This document shows, piece after piece, positions 1 to 14,280 of a DNA stretch of 64,000 nucleotides; positions within the stretch are counted from its first letter, which is position 1, and every line of letters begins with the position of its first letter. Source of the stretch: the human T2T-CHM13v2.0 reference genome, Homo sapiens; NCBI RefSeq assembly GCF_009914755.1, contig NC_060925.1; one strand, given 5' to 3'. Below the pieces are notes generated by a model. The model had not been told where the DNA came from, did no database searches, and saw nothing but the letters and a program-made list of their open reading frames with translations. Made by a program: the position numbers and the translations under genes.

Positions 1-201
1 AAAAAAAATTATCTGGGCGTGGTGGCGCACGCCTGTAGTCCCAGTTACTCTGGAGGCTGAGGCAGGAGAATCGTTTGAACTGGGAGGCAGAGGTTGCAGT
101 GAGCTGAGATCACGCCACTGCACTCCAGCCTGGGTGACAGAGTGAGAATCCGTGTCAAAAGAAAAAATAAAATAAATAAAATAAAATAAACATAAAATAA
201 A
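1..201 (+). mobile_element. Alu (S-type) right arm with A-rich tail, cut by the window edge
   Basis: ctgggcgtggtggcgcacgcctgtagtcccag...cactccagcctgggtgacagagtgag followed by (A/TAAAA)n. Confidence 0.95.
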
Positions 202-877
202 ATTAGAAACTATATACCTAAATTTGCAAAATGCTTTATGATGTATTCATTAAATTCAATCCCTCCACATCAATACCAGCACAATATCTGAAATATCTCT
301 GTTTACAGCCCGGAAAGATTTTATACTGTGCACCAAAGATTAGGATTGGTAGGGGTGTCTTTTTTCCCTAAGGAAGAAGAAAGGCACTGGGAAAAGTAAG
401 AACCAGCAAAATAACCAGGGCTGATAATTTTCAGGAAAGACATCTATAAATGGAAGCAAGGGATTTGAAAATTGACTCCCTTAAAACTACTGCTGATTCT
501 GCTAGAAATTATTTGTATATCCTGAGGGTATGAACACCTTAGTTTTTCTACTATGAGATGCTGAATTTGATAATAAGAGTCAGTTTCATGTATCTAACTC
601 AGGGAGCAGGAGGAATGAAAGAAGGGTAACAGGCAGTATAGAACCACTTATTCCAGCTAGGAAGTTGGGGAAGCATATAACTAAAACTCTCTGCCCAGAG
701 TGGATACTGGCCATATACCTTCTTCTGTTAAAGGACCTGATGGGAAAATTTCAGATATTGGGTTTTTCTCCTAGAGCAACAAAAGAGACAAGCTGAAGTA
801 AAATGGAGTCAGTTTTAAAGCAGATAGGCAGGTCAGTCCCTAGAAGGGCATCAACCTATGTAACTTAACTGGAAGTC

Positions 878-902
878 TGTGTGTGTGTGTGTGTGTGTGT
901 GT
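878..902. repeat. (TG)~12 microsatellite
   Basis: Seen directly. Confidence 0.95.
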
Positions 903-1103
903 TTGTGTCTATACAGCGTTGCCTGTATACTTATTTATTTGTGTAAAAGAAAATTCCCATGATGTGGTGTCCTGTGGCTTCTCCTTGTCAAGAGTGGGGT
1001 CTGTAAGGGACCTCCCCCACATTGGCTCTACATAGGTAAGGGGTGCGCCTGAAGAAAGGGATGAAAATACAGACTTACCAAATGAACCTATAAAACATTA
1101 TCA

Positions 1104-1601
<498 letters not shown>

Positions 1602-2069
1602 CTAAAGACCTATACCTACCTGCTGGAGGCCATGGCTTTGAACTGCCTCAGGGCGAAGCCATTAAACTAAGGAGACTAAGAGTAGAGGAAGAACATGGAG
1701 GCCAGCAGCATTTGCTGGCATGAAACTGCAACAACAAACACAACAGAAACCACTATATTTTTGATGAAATGCTAGTGCTGAAATAAACAACTTGGTCAAC
1801 AAGAGTCTGTGACTGTTTAGTTCCTTAGGCAGATGATAAACCCCTTACTTTCACCAACAAGAAATGGGCTGATAAAACTGTGCAGTACCCTGTAAGGCAT
1901 CTGCTGCAATGAACATATCAGCTGAGATCTTCAGAGGAAGAATAACAAGTTAGGTTCTCCAAGAGAGGAGAGAGAATTGCTTGCCAAACTGGATATATGC
2001 GTTGTGGCATGCTGAGTATTAAGTATCTCATTTCCTGAATGCGAACTTTTGTTGAAATAGCCTACCTTA

Positions 2070-2369
<300 letters not shown>

Positions 2370-2875
2370 TTAGCCTACCTTCTCAACAATTCTATAGTCT
2401 ATGCATCAAGCACTTTGAATGCATAGGCCACTATAAGATTATGATATCATTTTGCTATATCTGAACAATAATCTCTATTTTATATTTGTTAAGTAGTGAT
2501 TTTAAAAAATAGAAACTAATGGATCCTAATATGATTGCTTGCCACAAAAAATTTATTCAATAATTAATTCATGTCTTCCCATACTTTATGGCCTTTTTAA
2601 AAGTTCAATCAAATTTGCAGGAGATATATGGTATTGCTCTAAAATACACAACAAGTTAAGCTTTTCCAACAAAGATGTATTTACAGAACGAATTAACCCC
2701 TGGAAATTCAAGCAATAATTTACCAAAGTCAAAGCTACAACTACTTAGTTTTAAAAAATTATCTAGTAAGTAGTCTCTTCCTTTTGTTGCAAAATGGAAA
2801 TATATTCTGGTTGTTTCATGGGTCTTTATATTATTACCAAATGCTTGGCAGTAGCAGAAAGTAGAGAAGTAATGA

Positions 2876-3557
<682 letters not shown>

Positions 3558-3883
3558 TAGAGAATAAGGATGGAGGAGTACGAAAGCTTGATGCTACTCA
3601 ATGTAATGAAAATTTTAAATTTTTAAGACAATACATAAATTTCAATAATGCATGAATTTCAAATACTATCACAAATAACAGAATAACTATATTTAAAAAT
3701 CCCCATTTAAATTTTGTCATGGTTTTCGTTTAAGTTGTTCTTACATTATTATCAATGGTAAATTATACTTACTCTTTTTAAAAAGTACAAATTAAATAAG
3801 CTTTACTAGTAGTAGCTAATAATTTCCCAAAAGAGCTAAGTAGAATACTCCAATAAGGTTATATAAACACACTGAGTACTCAC

Positions 3884-3951
3884 TCATGGTGATGAGAATC
3901 CGGGGAAAAATGAACCATTCTCTTGTTACCCACTGGGCCAGGAATGGGTAC
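3884..3951 (-). CDS. GPATCH2: Internal coding exon (68 nt, phase 0 in / phase 2 out) of G-patch domain-containing protein 2; probably exon 6
   Basis: The minus strand reads ...tttctttttaaatctccctgtag|GTACCC...CACCATGA|gtgagt, with a canonical acceptor (AG 3952-3953) and donor (3878-3883). It translates to VPIPGPVGNKRMVHFSPDSHHH(D), which I recognise as GPATCH2 just N-terminal of the G-patch region. The exon number is from memory. Confidence 0.95.
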
Positions 3952-4162
3952 CTACAGGGAGATTTAAAAAGAAAAAATAAATTTCAGATTTGTTTATAAA
4001 ACGACCATGGATAATAGTGATATATCAATTTGAAGACATCACTCTAAAATGGAGAATACAAGATTTTCAAATCTCAGACAACACTGTGTGGATCAAAAGT
4101 ATAATTTAATTCCTGGTAAGAATACTTTACTTGTTTTGGTCTAGTGTATTTCCTCTGCTAGA

Positions 4163-4456
<294 letters not shown>

Positions 4457-4495
4457 TCCTCTGCTAGATTTTTAAGACTATTTTAAAAGAATCTT

Positions 4496-4800
<305 letters not shown>

Positions 4801-7800
4801 GGACTCTTTATAATAGTGTAAATATCCTTTAAAAAAAAAAAAGACCAGTGACTTATTACATAAAAAAAAAGTTTAATTAGATCAGTGTTAAGCAGATATT
4901 TCCGAGGACCAATGTATTTGTAGCTAGATCCTAAATATAAATAACATGTATTATAACACATACATTTAAATATATACAAAAACTTAGATCAAGGAAGTGG
5001 TGAGCAGCCCTTTTCATAGTTTCCCCGAAAAGACAGGAGTCATCTGTGTATTTACACAGTACAAAATGCAATTTCATCTAAGAGAAAAATATTTTCACTC
5101 CTTTATTTCTAAATAAAATTTAAAATCTAAAGTAAGCTACTCCTTTTTTTTTTTTAGAATTTCACAACTTTCTTATCATATAGATGGTTCTCAAAGGGAA
5201 CATAGCACTGTACAAGAATGAATCTATCAGTCACAAATGACAAGGCATACATTTACAGCAAAAGGCTTTAAGTTATGTTCCATTTTAATTTAAAAAAAAA
5301 CCCTCTGTAATTATAGAAGTGCCATTTATATAGAATGGGGGGAAAAGCATGAGACAGCAATAAAATTCCTCTTAAAAAAACCCTAACATTTTCAAAACCT
5401 TACTTCTTCCCGTATCACTTGGGTTACAAGAATGCCAGTATATACTCAGAAATTCCAAGAAATGCAAATACTGCAAATGTGCACAGATGATGACATTAAT
5501 AACCCTATGGTTTGAGCGCCACAGGTAAACATGTGGCTCAACTCCAGGACTGCATCCTGCATTCATCTCAAAATGAGGTTTTCATGCTATTCCAGTGGGT
5601 ATCCCTGGAATACAGTAATCCATTTTCTACACTGTGGCTATGAGAAAAGCCGACTGTGCCTATGTCATGCTTTGTTAGAGGTTCATGATCACATTATCTC
5701 ATGGTGGACCTGACACTTTTATTCAGTTTACAGTATGTTCTATGTACAGGCAACTTATTTCCTTTGCCAAGGCTGCTGACAACCTTTTCCACACTATATT
5801 AATCTTGTTTACTGACTTTATCTTGGTACAAATATCAGAAAACTAAACTTTTTATCTCAGAGAAAAAATAAACAACGTGTTGACAGAAGCAGAAGCTATT
5901 TTCAGGACTAAAATTGTTTGTTTACCTGAAGCTATACTTATGGAAAAATGTTTAAGTCTTGCTCTGGCTTGAAATACATAATCTGAAATTTAATAAATGA
6001 AGAAATTTCACATACACCCATGTGATAAATTGCCTGATGAAAACAAAGCAACTGAATGCAATAAAACAGAATTTATAGCTAATTTATACCATAATACAAA
6101 TGTAAGCTTTCAATCTAGTCAGAAATAATCATACTATGTATTTCTCAGCAATCATATATATGTATAAAAAACCTGTAAGCTCAGTTCAACTGCAGCAAGT
6201 AACCCACAAAAGATTTACAGTTTCAAGTATAGATACTTAAATAATTTTACCTATTTACCTAGTACATGATCCCTTTAAGAAAACAGAGGTGACTATCCTT
6301 TATTGTTATTTTAGTTCAATTTCTGTTTTACTTTTAAAGATATGCAAAATAGGCATAATTTAGAAATTTACTTTTTTTAATGAAATAAAGCAACATATAA
6401 TGATCTCTTCAGGGTCAATGTCAGTGGTCTGCCTCAGGAGTAAAATGTTCTTACAATGAGAACCTTTTGCTACTGTGGCAACTAGACACACTTACCTAAA
6501 ATTTGAGAACAATATATTTAATATAGAATTTGGCTTATGGAAAGCAGTGTTATACTGAAGTTTCAGTGAATTTTAAACTTTAAAACATGTTTAATCTGAT
6601 TATTAGGAGACTACTTCAAAATATTATAAAACTTCAAGGAACATACTTAAGGAATTCTTTCTAAAAGTTTCTGTCTTATCATTAATTCAAGATAGAAAAT
6701 AATCTTTACAAAAATTAAAGAAGCAGTTTTAAACATCAGATCAAAGTATTAATTTCTAGCATATAATTAAGTATGGTGACTGTTTTCTTCTCCAAAACAC
6801 ATGCTAATTTTAGTGATTTCAGAACTGTCTTAGAAATCACAAATTTTAAGAAGTTGTTTCACTTTAAATATCTAATAAAATATTCACATAGTAAAGTTTA
6901 TTAGTAAGAAAAATACATTTTATTCCATAAGATTAGACAGGAAACAGGTATTCTGTTCTTCATGAGAAACAGTATCTCCACAATCCAATTCTTATAATTG
7001 ACAAAACTCTGGAGACAATCATTTATGTAATTAGCCAATATTTAGTGTTGATAAACTTAGACATCACATTACACGCCCTGAATTCTTATGATTCATTTGT
7101 TAAATATTACTATATAAATAACGACTACAATCTGAAATAAAGCAGATATATTTCTTTTTATTAGACGCTTATCACACAAAGTCTTAAGAAGTAAACTGAA
7201 AGTTAGAAAGGAATTGATGCTTTCTAGATAACATAACTTTTGTGTCCTAATTCTAAAAGATCACATGGATCTTAGATTTTGCTGTTGTTTAAATATTATC
7301 AGTCTCAGGAAATAAGAATGTAGTAGCAAGAGATGAAAATTTAACAATAGTTGTACAAGTACCACTATCGATTCAGGAGGTCAATATGTACCAATATATT
7401 GGAAATTCTGCTAAATGATCAATTATCAATGACAAAATGTCTGTTCTCTCAAAGTTATAAGACATATTAAAAGCATTTTCTTATTCTTTTTGTCCCTGAT
7501 GTATTGATACCAATTTTATAATTTTGCTTAAAAGATAAAAAGTTGGTTTTATGTCTCATTTTCATTTAATTGTGTCATTATCAAACCCAATGCATGCCAT
7601 ACTATTCTTCCACAATTACATAACTGAATAACTCTCCAAATCAGGTAAACCTATCTGAGACACAAGAGTCACGTAAGATTAATACAGAGGCCATTCAATA
7701 TGGATGATATCTTACTTATATTCTCAATGATTGAGATTCCTTCTGTAAATTAATGAAGTTTCTTTTCATGTCCACACGTAAGAACAAGAAACCATCATCC

Positions 7801-8614
7801 TTTCTTCTCTCCCTCTAGTATAGCTGGTCCCCTTCAACTTCGCTCTGCTTTTCAACTATATTTTATTTGCCTTCCAAATGCTACTCTGCTTCAGTGCCCA
7901 CACTGACAAACACTTATGTTGGCAAGCTGCCATTCAAAAGAAGGCCTTTCCATTTTGTGAGGACTGGTCAATCAAACCTGCCTGGCCTCCAGGCTGTCGG
8001 GAGGCACTGCCTCAGCCTCCCGGCCAGTTTGTCAAGACCCAGAGGTTTCTGGTTTCTCTTACGGCAATTATTAATTTGACTCAACTTCTTTGAAGAAAGA
8101 AACAAGACTTTTAAGTAAGATAATATTCTAAATGTTTTACAATAATTCATTTTAATTAATAGACATTAAAATAAATGTGTTGAATATTTATCTCTTATCC
8201 CCATACAGAAGAATAAAGGAAGATTCTTCGAAAGCATTTCAAATGAGCACACCTTTGTTTTATATTGGCGTTTTATAAGTTCTGTTACAAGACAGTTTGA
8301 GGAATGAATAAAATATTTCATTGTGTATCTATTCTTATAATATTACAGAATGGTCACAAATCACAAAAAGCACAATCTGTTTGGGGATGAGAAACATATT
8401 CAAGAAAATAACACTAAAATTACTTTTAAAGCAACATACAAACATGTAAAAATTACTTTAGAATTGCTTTTAAAAGAAATACAAAAAGTGATAATTCAAG
8501 GAACATAAATTGGATATCATTTATAAGATTAAAAGGAAACAAAGTAGTTATCTGATTTAAGAGGAATAAAGAGGAATAAAAAATCACCTCTAAGAAGGGA
8601 GTTGCATGCATTAT

Positions 8615-8830
8615 CTCCCCCCTGCTCCAATCCATCTTACCAACGTGCCAAATTCAACTTTCTAAATTGCTGCTTTTCACATGTCAACTTTCTCATTCCA
8701 CAGCCAACTATGGCTTACACTGAAAGTAAAATGAAAATTAATGAGATATGCATGCAAGGCTTTCCCTAAGCTGATCCTTACCTACTTGCCAATGTGATCT
8801 AGCACCTTATGCAGCCACTGAGAGCTTCTT
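8615..8830 (+). mobile_element. L2 fragment
   Basis: Degenerate match to the L2 3' region (ctccaatccatctt...ctttctaaa...catgtcaact...caaggctttcc...cctacttg). Confidence 0.6.
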
Positions 8831-9889
8831 ATTTTAAATCCAGTACTGCTTACTTGGTACAATTCCACTAGTAACCTAATGTACATATAAAATTATGCTT
8901 AACCTTATTATATAATAAGTGATATGTGTTCCCTTTCAGTTGGGTGATTTTAGTTATATTGTTCACCTGAACTAATCTTTTTGATGTCTTGATAAAGTCA
9001 AGTTATGGAACTCCTCTAATTCCAAGGGTTTTTTTGATTGTTGTTTTTTAAACATGAAAAATATTAGTAAATATAATTCACGTAATAATTCATGTTTCAC
9101 CTTTATCTGTCTAGATTTCTATTAAAGTAAAAATGTGTTTATATGGCAGGCCTGGAAAAATCCTCATCACTGGCTACAAGAAATGAAAAAATTGGTGCAT
9201 ATGAAATATACGCCATAAAAACTAGAACATCTAATGTATTCCTGGTAATATGTCTAATGCTAGGGAGAAGTCACTACAAATCCTTACCTACCAGATCTTT
9301 TAGTTTCAGACAATGTCCTCCTAGAAAGAATATTCAGGAAGGAAGATGATCCATTCCTGAGGACAACTGAATTGCTAGAGAGTTCAAAACTGTTGTAGAA
9401 AATTACTAAGGTTATGGAATATAACTCAGTTTTCCAATGGAGAAAATGCCTCAAAGTTTGGAATTTTATAAAATCTAATAACGGTACAAAAAGGCCCATC
9501 AGGTTCCTATCATTCATATCTTTAAAAATGTCAATATTGACAAACAATCTTGCTCTTACTAGCAGAGCTCACACTGTATGACTTTTAGGAAAAGACTTTG
9601 AACTAGGACCTATATAGTATCGACTAGTCATAGCCCTCATGTTATCTAAATTATAGTATAGTGGGTGAAACTGATTATTTTTACCTGTTAGTCAAGGTTA
9701 AAGTAAAAATTCTATATTGTTTGTTATGCTTTTACAATGCAATTTTAAATCTTTCTTGGAAGGGCTTAAGCATGAACAAACTGACAAAGAATGTGTAATA
9801 ATGATCACAAAAGATATATCAAAAATTAATATAATTAGAAATATTTCTATTGTCATTAATAATAATATCCTTATTTTTATTTGTTTAAA

Positions 9890-10205
9890 TTTATTTAAGT
9901 GTATTTACTTATTTGAGACAAGGTCTTGTTCTGTTGCCCAAGCGTGAGTACTCACAACTCATAGCTTAATGACAGCTCACTGCACCCTCAAACTCCTGGG
10001 CTCAAGCAATTCCCCTGCCTCTGCTGCTGGAGCAGCTAGGACTACAGGTGTGTACCACCATGCCCAGTTACTTCTTAAAAGTTTGTATAGAGCTGGGGTC
10101 CTGCTATGTTGCATGCACTGGTCTTGAGCTTCCAGCCTCAAGTAATCTTCCCACCTCAGCCTCCCCAAGTACTGGGATTACAGGCATGAGCTACAGTGTC
10201 CAGCC
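9890..10205 (-). mobile_element. AluJ (diverged)
   Basis: tttgagacaaggtcttg...ctcactgcaccctcaaactcctgggctcaagc...gggattacaggcatgagc. Confidence 0.9.
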
Positions 10206-11896
10206 ACTCTTGTTCTTTATAGCCTACCTTATGGCTTGCTTTTCATAAACAATGTGCCTAGAGTGAAGAAACATCATTATTCTCAAATAATAGTGAAGAA
10301 ACTAACACTCACTGAGGTGAGGGCACATGCCCTAGACTATAGGAATGGAATTAAGCTAACTTTGAACCAAAATTGTCCAATTTACCACCTAGTACTTTTT
10401 CCCCTACAGGGAGACTGCAAAAAAAAAAAAAAAAAAAAAAGATGATATATCAAAACAAATGTTTTCTGTATTTGGGGATTTGTCCCAGGAGATGATGGCC
10501 TGAATCTAGAATACACTCTAGGAAAATCTTCAGCCAAGGATACTCTAGACCTTGCCTGTAACTTCTGGGTAGCATGCGGGCTATTTTAAGTATATGCAAT
10601 GCAGGGCATGGCAGCACTAAACAGGGTTACCAGCACATATTATAGAAGGACTAACAAGAATAACAAACGGCTCCCCTACTAATCATTACAGCAAAAGAAG
10701 GCTAATATTTACAAAGTGTACTGGAGAGGAGTAAACACTCCGCGATGAGAATATGTGAAAGAACTTGGGGGAAAATTAGAGAACTTAGGCTATCTTTCCT
10801 TTGAAAGCAGACATAAATCTAAATACGTGATTACATCTTTAAACCACAAAGGTTTTGTTTAAAAAAAAAATAGCCAAAGATAAACCATAGAGAAGTACAA
10901 GGCTTGTCTTTCTGTTGAGGATTTGCCTTCCTAGAGGAATCCGTACACGTGTGTTGCAGGGAAGATGCTAACCTTACAGCTGCCAGCATTGCATTAAGTA
11001 GTGAATAAAGACATAGACTTCAGTTAGTTTCGAAGCGATCTCACTATATTTTTAAGTAAGAGCAGCAAATATATTTCTCTATGAAATGACAGAATGAAAA
11101 TTATACTGTTTAGAAATATATACATACACATATAGTTGTATGTATGACATTAGCAATTATGTTTTTAACGTAAAACTAAACAATGTAATTGTTTTAAATC
11201 TTCATTGTAAACAATTTTTTCCTAGTTAAAGCCATTCTGCATTGATAATTAAGAATTTAGAATTATTGGTCTATTAGAATAATAATACTTCTAATTATTA
11301 AATACATAAATTCTCATTTCTGGTATACACTACTAATAAAAGATCTAAATGCTTTCACAAAAAAGATTAATCACTAAATAATTCAAAAACAAATACAGCA
11401 ACAACTTTTTTCATACCACTCCATGGTAATACTATTTTTTTTAAGTAAAGAACTAAAAATTAACCAGCTCAGAATGATGCCCAATAGTGATAGTAAAGAA
11501 TTTCACTTTGCCGTCCAGTTTTAGTAACAAGCTGTGAGTGGCCTCTACTGGCTGACCAAAGTCTTCTTAAATCCCTCATTTATGAACCTTGCAATATTAT
11601 GAGCATCAAGAAAGTAAGGATATGGCCACATATGTTTACGTAAAATCCACTGTGCCTAAAGATCTTCTTTTATGAATAAATGACAAAGTAATAAACAAAA
11701 TGTATATAAGATGGTGTAAAAAACTTCCATCATTTCGTCCCACTGCTATACACTTGGATTAGATTGGCAATCTATATATCTTCTAAAATTCTAATTTATA
11801 TACCATGATAATCTAAATGTGGATTTTCTTACTCAATTCATATCAAAGCAATTCACATCTGCATTTAAAAACAAATAGTTTTGGGGACTTGTTCAA

Positions 11897-11923
11897 TACA
11901 CACACACACACACACACACACAC
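11897..11923. repeat. (CA)~13 microsatellite
   Basis: Seen directly. Confidence 0.95.
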
Positions 11924-12240
11924 AACTTCTCAAAATTAAGTTTATATTTAGGCTTGGCAAACTGACTTTGGAGGCAAACACAAAGAAGACTGAATTTAAA
12001 AACTTGAAAGAATTTGTAACTTTAAAAAACAGATTAACATTTTATGTAATGGTTTATGAAAATACTATCTTGGAAACATAGTAATCCAAAGCAATTAAAA
12101 AAATTTCTATATTATTGCTCCTATGTTTGGGTGGAAGTAATTTTATATTCAAAATGAAATAGCAATTAAGAAGGCAAAACCTTGCTTGTATTAGGCAATG
12201 TCAATTCAGTATTCATAATAGAGAAGAAAAAAAATTTCAG

Positions 12241-14280
12241 TTTTTTTTTTTATTTTATTTTTTTATTGATCATTCTTGGGTGTTTCTCCCAGAGGGGGAT
12301 TTGGCAGGGTCACAGGACAATAGTGGAGGGAAGGTCAGCAGATAAACAAGTGAACAAAGGTCTCTGGTTTTCCTAGGCAGAGGACCCTGCAGCCTTCCGC
12401 AGTGTTTGTGTCCCTGGGTACTTGAGATTAGGGAGTGGTGATGACTCTTAACGAGCATGCTGCCTTCAAGCGTCTGTTTAACGAGGCACAACTTGCACCG
12501 CCCTTAATCCATTTAACCCTGAGTGGACACAGCACATGTTTCAGAGAGCACAGGGTTGGGGGTAAGGTCACAGATCAACAGGATCCCAAGGCAGAAGAAT
12601 TTTTCTTAGTACAGAACAAAATGAAAAGTCTCCCATGTCTACCTCTTTCTACACAGACACGACAACCATCCGATTTCTCAATCTTTTCCCCACCTTTCCC
12701 CCCTTTCTATTCCACAAAACCGCCATTGTCATCATGGCCCATTCTCAATGAGCTGTTGGGTACACCTCCCAGACGGGGTGGTGGCCGGGCAGAGGGGCTC
12801 CTCACTTCCCAGTAGGGGCGGCCGGGCAGAGGCGCCCCTCACCTCCCGGACGGGGCGGCTGGCCAGGCAGGGGGGCTGACCCCCCCCACCTCCCTCCTGG
12901 ACGGGGTGGCTGGCCGGGCGGGGGGCTGACCCCCACACCTCCCTCCCGGATGGGGCGGCTGGCCGGGCGGGGGGCTGACCCCCACACCTCCCTCCCGGAC
13001 GGGGCAGTTGGCCGGGCGGGGGGCTGACCCCCACACCTCCCTCCCGGACGGGGCGGCTGGCCGGGCAGAGGGGCTCCTCACTTCCCAGTAGGGGCGGCCA
13101 GGCAGAGGCGCCCCTCACCTCCCGGATGGGGCGGCTGGCCAGGCGGGGGGCTGACCCCCCCACCTCCCTCCCAGACGGGGTGGCTGCCGGGCAGAGACGC
13201 TCCTCACTTCCCAGACGGGGTGGCTGCCGGGCGGAGGCTCCTCACTTCTCAGACGGGGCGGCTGCTGGGCGGAGGGGCTCCTCACTTCTCAGACAGGGCG
13301 GTTGCCAGGCAGAGGGTCTCCTCACTTCTCAGACGGGGCGGCCGGGCAGAGACGCTCCTCACTTCCTAGATGGGATGGCGGCTGGGAAGAGGCGCTCCTC
13401 ACTTCCTAGATGGGATGGCGGCTGGGCAGAGACACTCCTCACTTTCCAGACTGAGCAGCCAGGCAGAGGGGCTCCTCACATCCCAGACGATGGGCGGCCA
13501 GGCAGAGATGCTCCTCACTTCCCAGACGGGGTGGCGGCCGGGCAGAGGCTGCAATCTCGGCTCTTTAGGAGGCCAAGGCAGGCTGCTGGGAGGTGGATGT
13601 TGTAGCGAGCCGAGATCACGCCACTGCACTCCAGCCTCGGCACCATTGAGCACTGAGTGAAGGAGACTCCGTCTGCAATCCCGGCACCTTGGGAGGCCGA
13701 GGCTGGCGGATCACTCGCGGTTAGGAGCTGGAGACCAGCCCTGCCAACACAGCGAAACCCCGTCTCCACCCAAAAAATACGAAAACCAGTCAGGCGTGGC
13801 AGCGCGCACCTGCAATTGCAGGCACTCGGCAGGCTTAGGCAGGAGAATCAGGCAGGGAGGTTGCAGTGAGCCGAGATGGCAGCAGTACAGTCCAGCTTCG
13901 GCTTGGCATCAGAGGGAGACCGTGGAAAGGGGAGAGGGGAGAGGGGAGAGGGGAGAGGGGAGAGGGGAGAGGGGAGAGGGGAGAGGGGAGAGGGGAGAGG
14001 GGAGAGGGGAGAGGGGAGAGGGGAGAGGGGAGAGGGGAGAGGGGAGAGGGGAGAGGGGAGAGGGGAGAGGGGAGAGGGGAGAGGGGAGAGGGGAGAGGGG
14101 AGAGGGGAGAGGGGAGAGGGGAGAGGGGAGAGGGGAGAGGGGAGAGGGGAGAGGGGAGAGGGGAGAGGGGAGAGGGGAGAGGGGAGAGGGGAGAGGGGAG
14201 AGGGGAGAGGGGAGAGGGGAGAGGGGAGAGGGGAGAGGGGAGAGGGGAGAGGGAGAGGGAGAGGGAGAGGGAGAGGGAGA
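12241..14280 (-). mobile_element. Full-length SVA retrotransposon (probably SVA_D-like), sense to GPATCH2
   Basis: From the element's 3' end: poly-T tail 12241-12260 with AATAAA (rc) at 12262-12267; SINE-R ~12265-12770; GC-rich VNTR ~12770-13545; Alu-like domain ~13545-13925; CT-rich head 13929-14280. TSD atttcagttttt at 12234-12245 and 14280-14291. The subfamily call is tentative. Confidence 0.97.
13929..14280. repeat. SVA head: (GGGGAGA)46 followed by (GGGAGA)5
   Basis: 13929-14250 = 322 nt = 46 x 7 with no interruption seen; 14251-14280 = 5 x 6. Confidence 0.95.

Noticed and set aside
12435-13869. Pro/Gly/Arg-rich ORFs of up to 159 aa
   Set aside because: They lie in the GC-rich SVA VNTR, SINE-R and Alu-like domains; SVA is non-coding.
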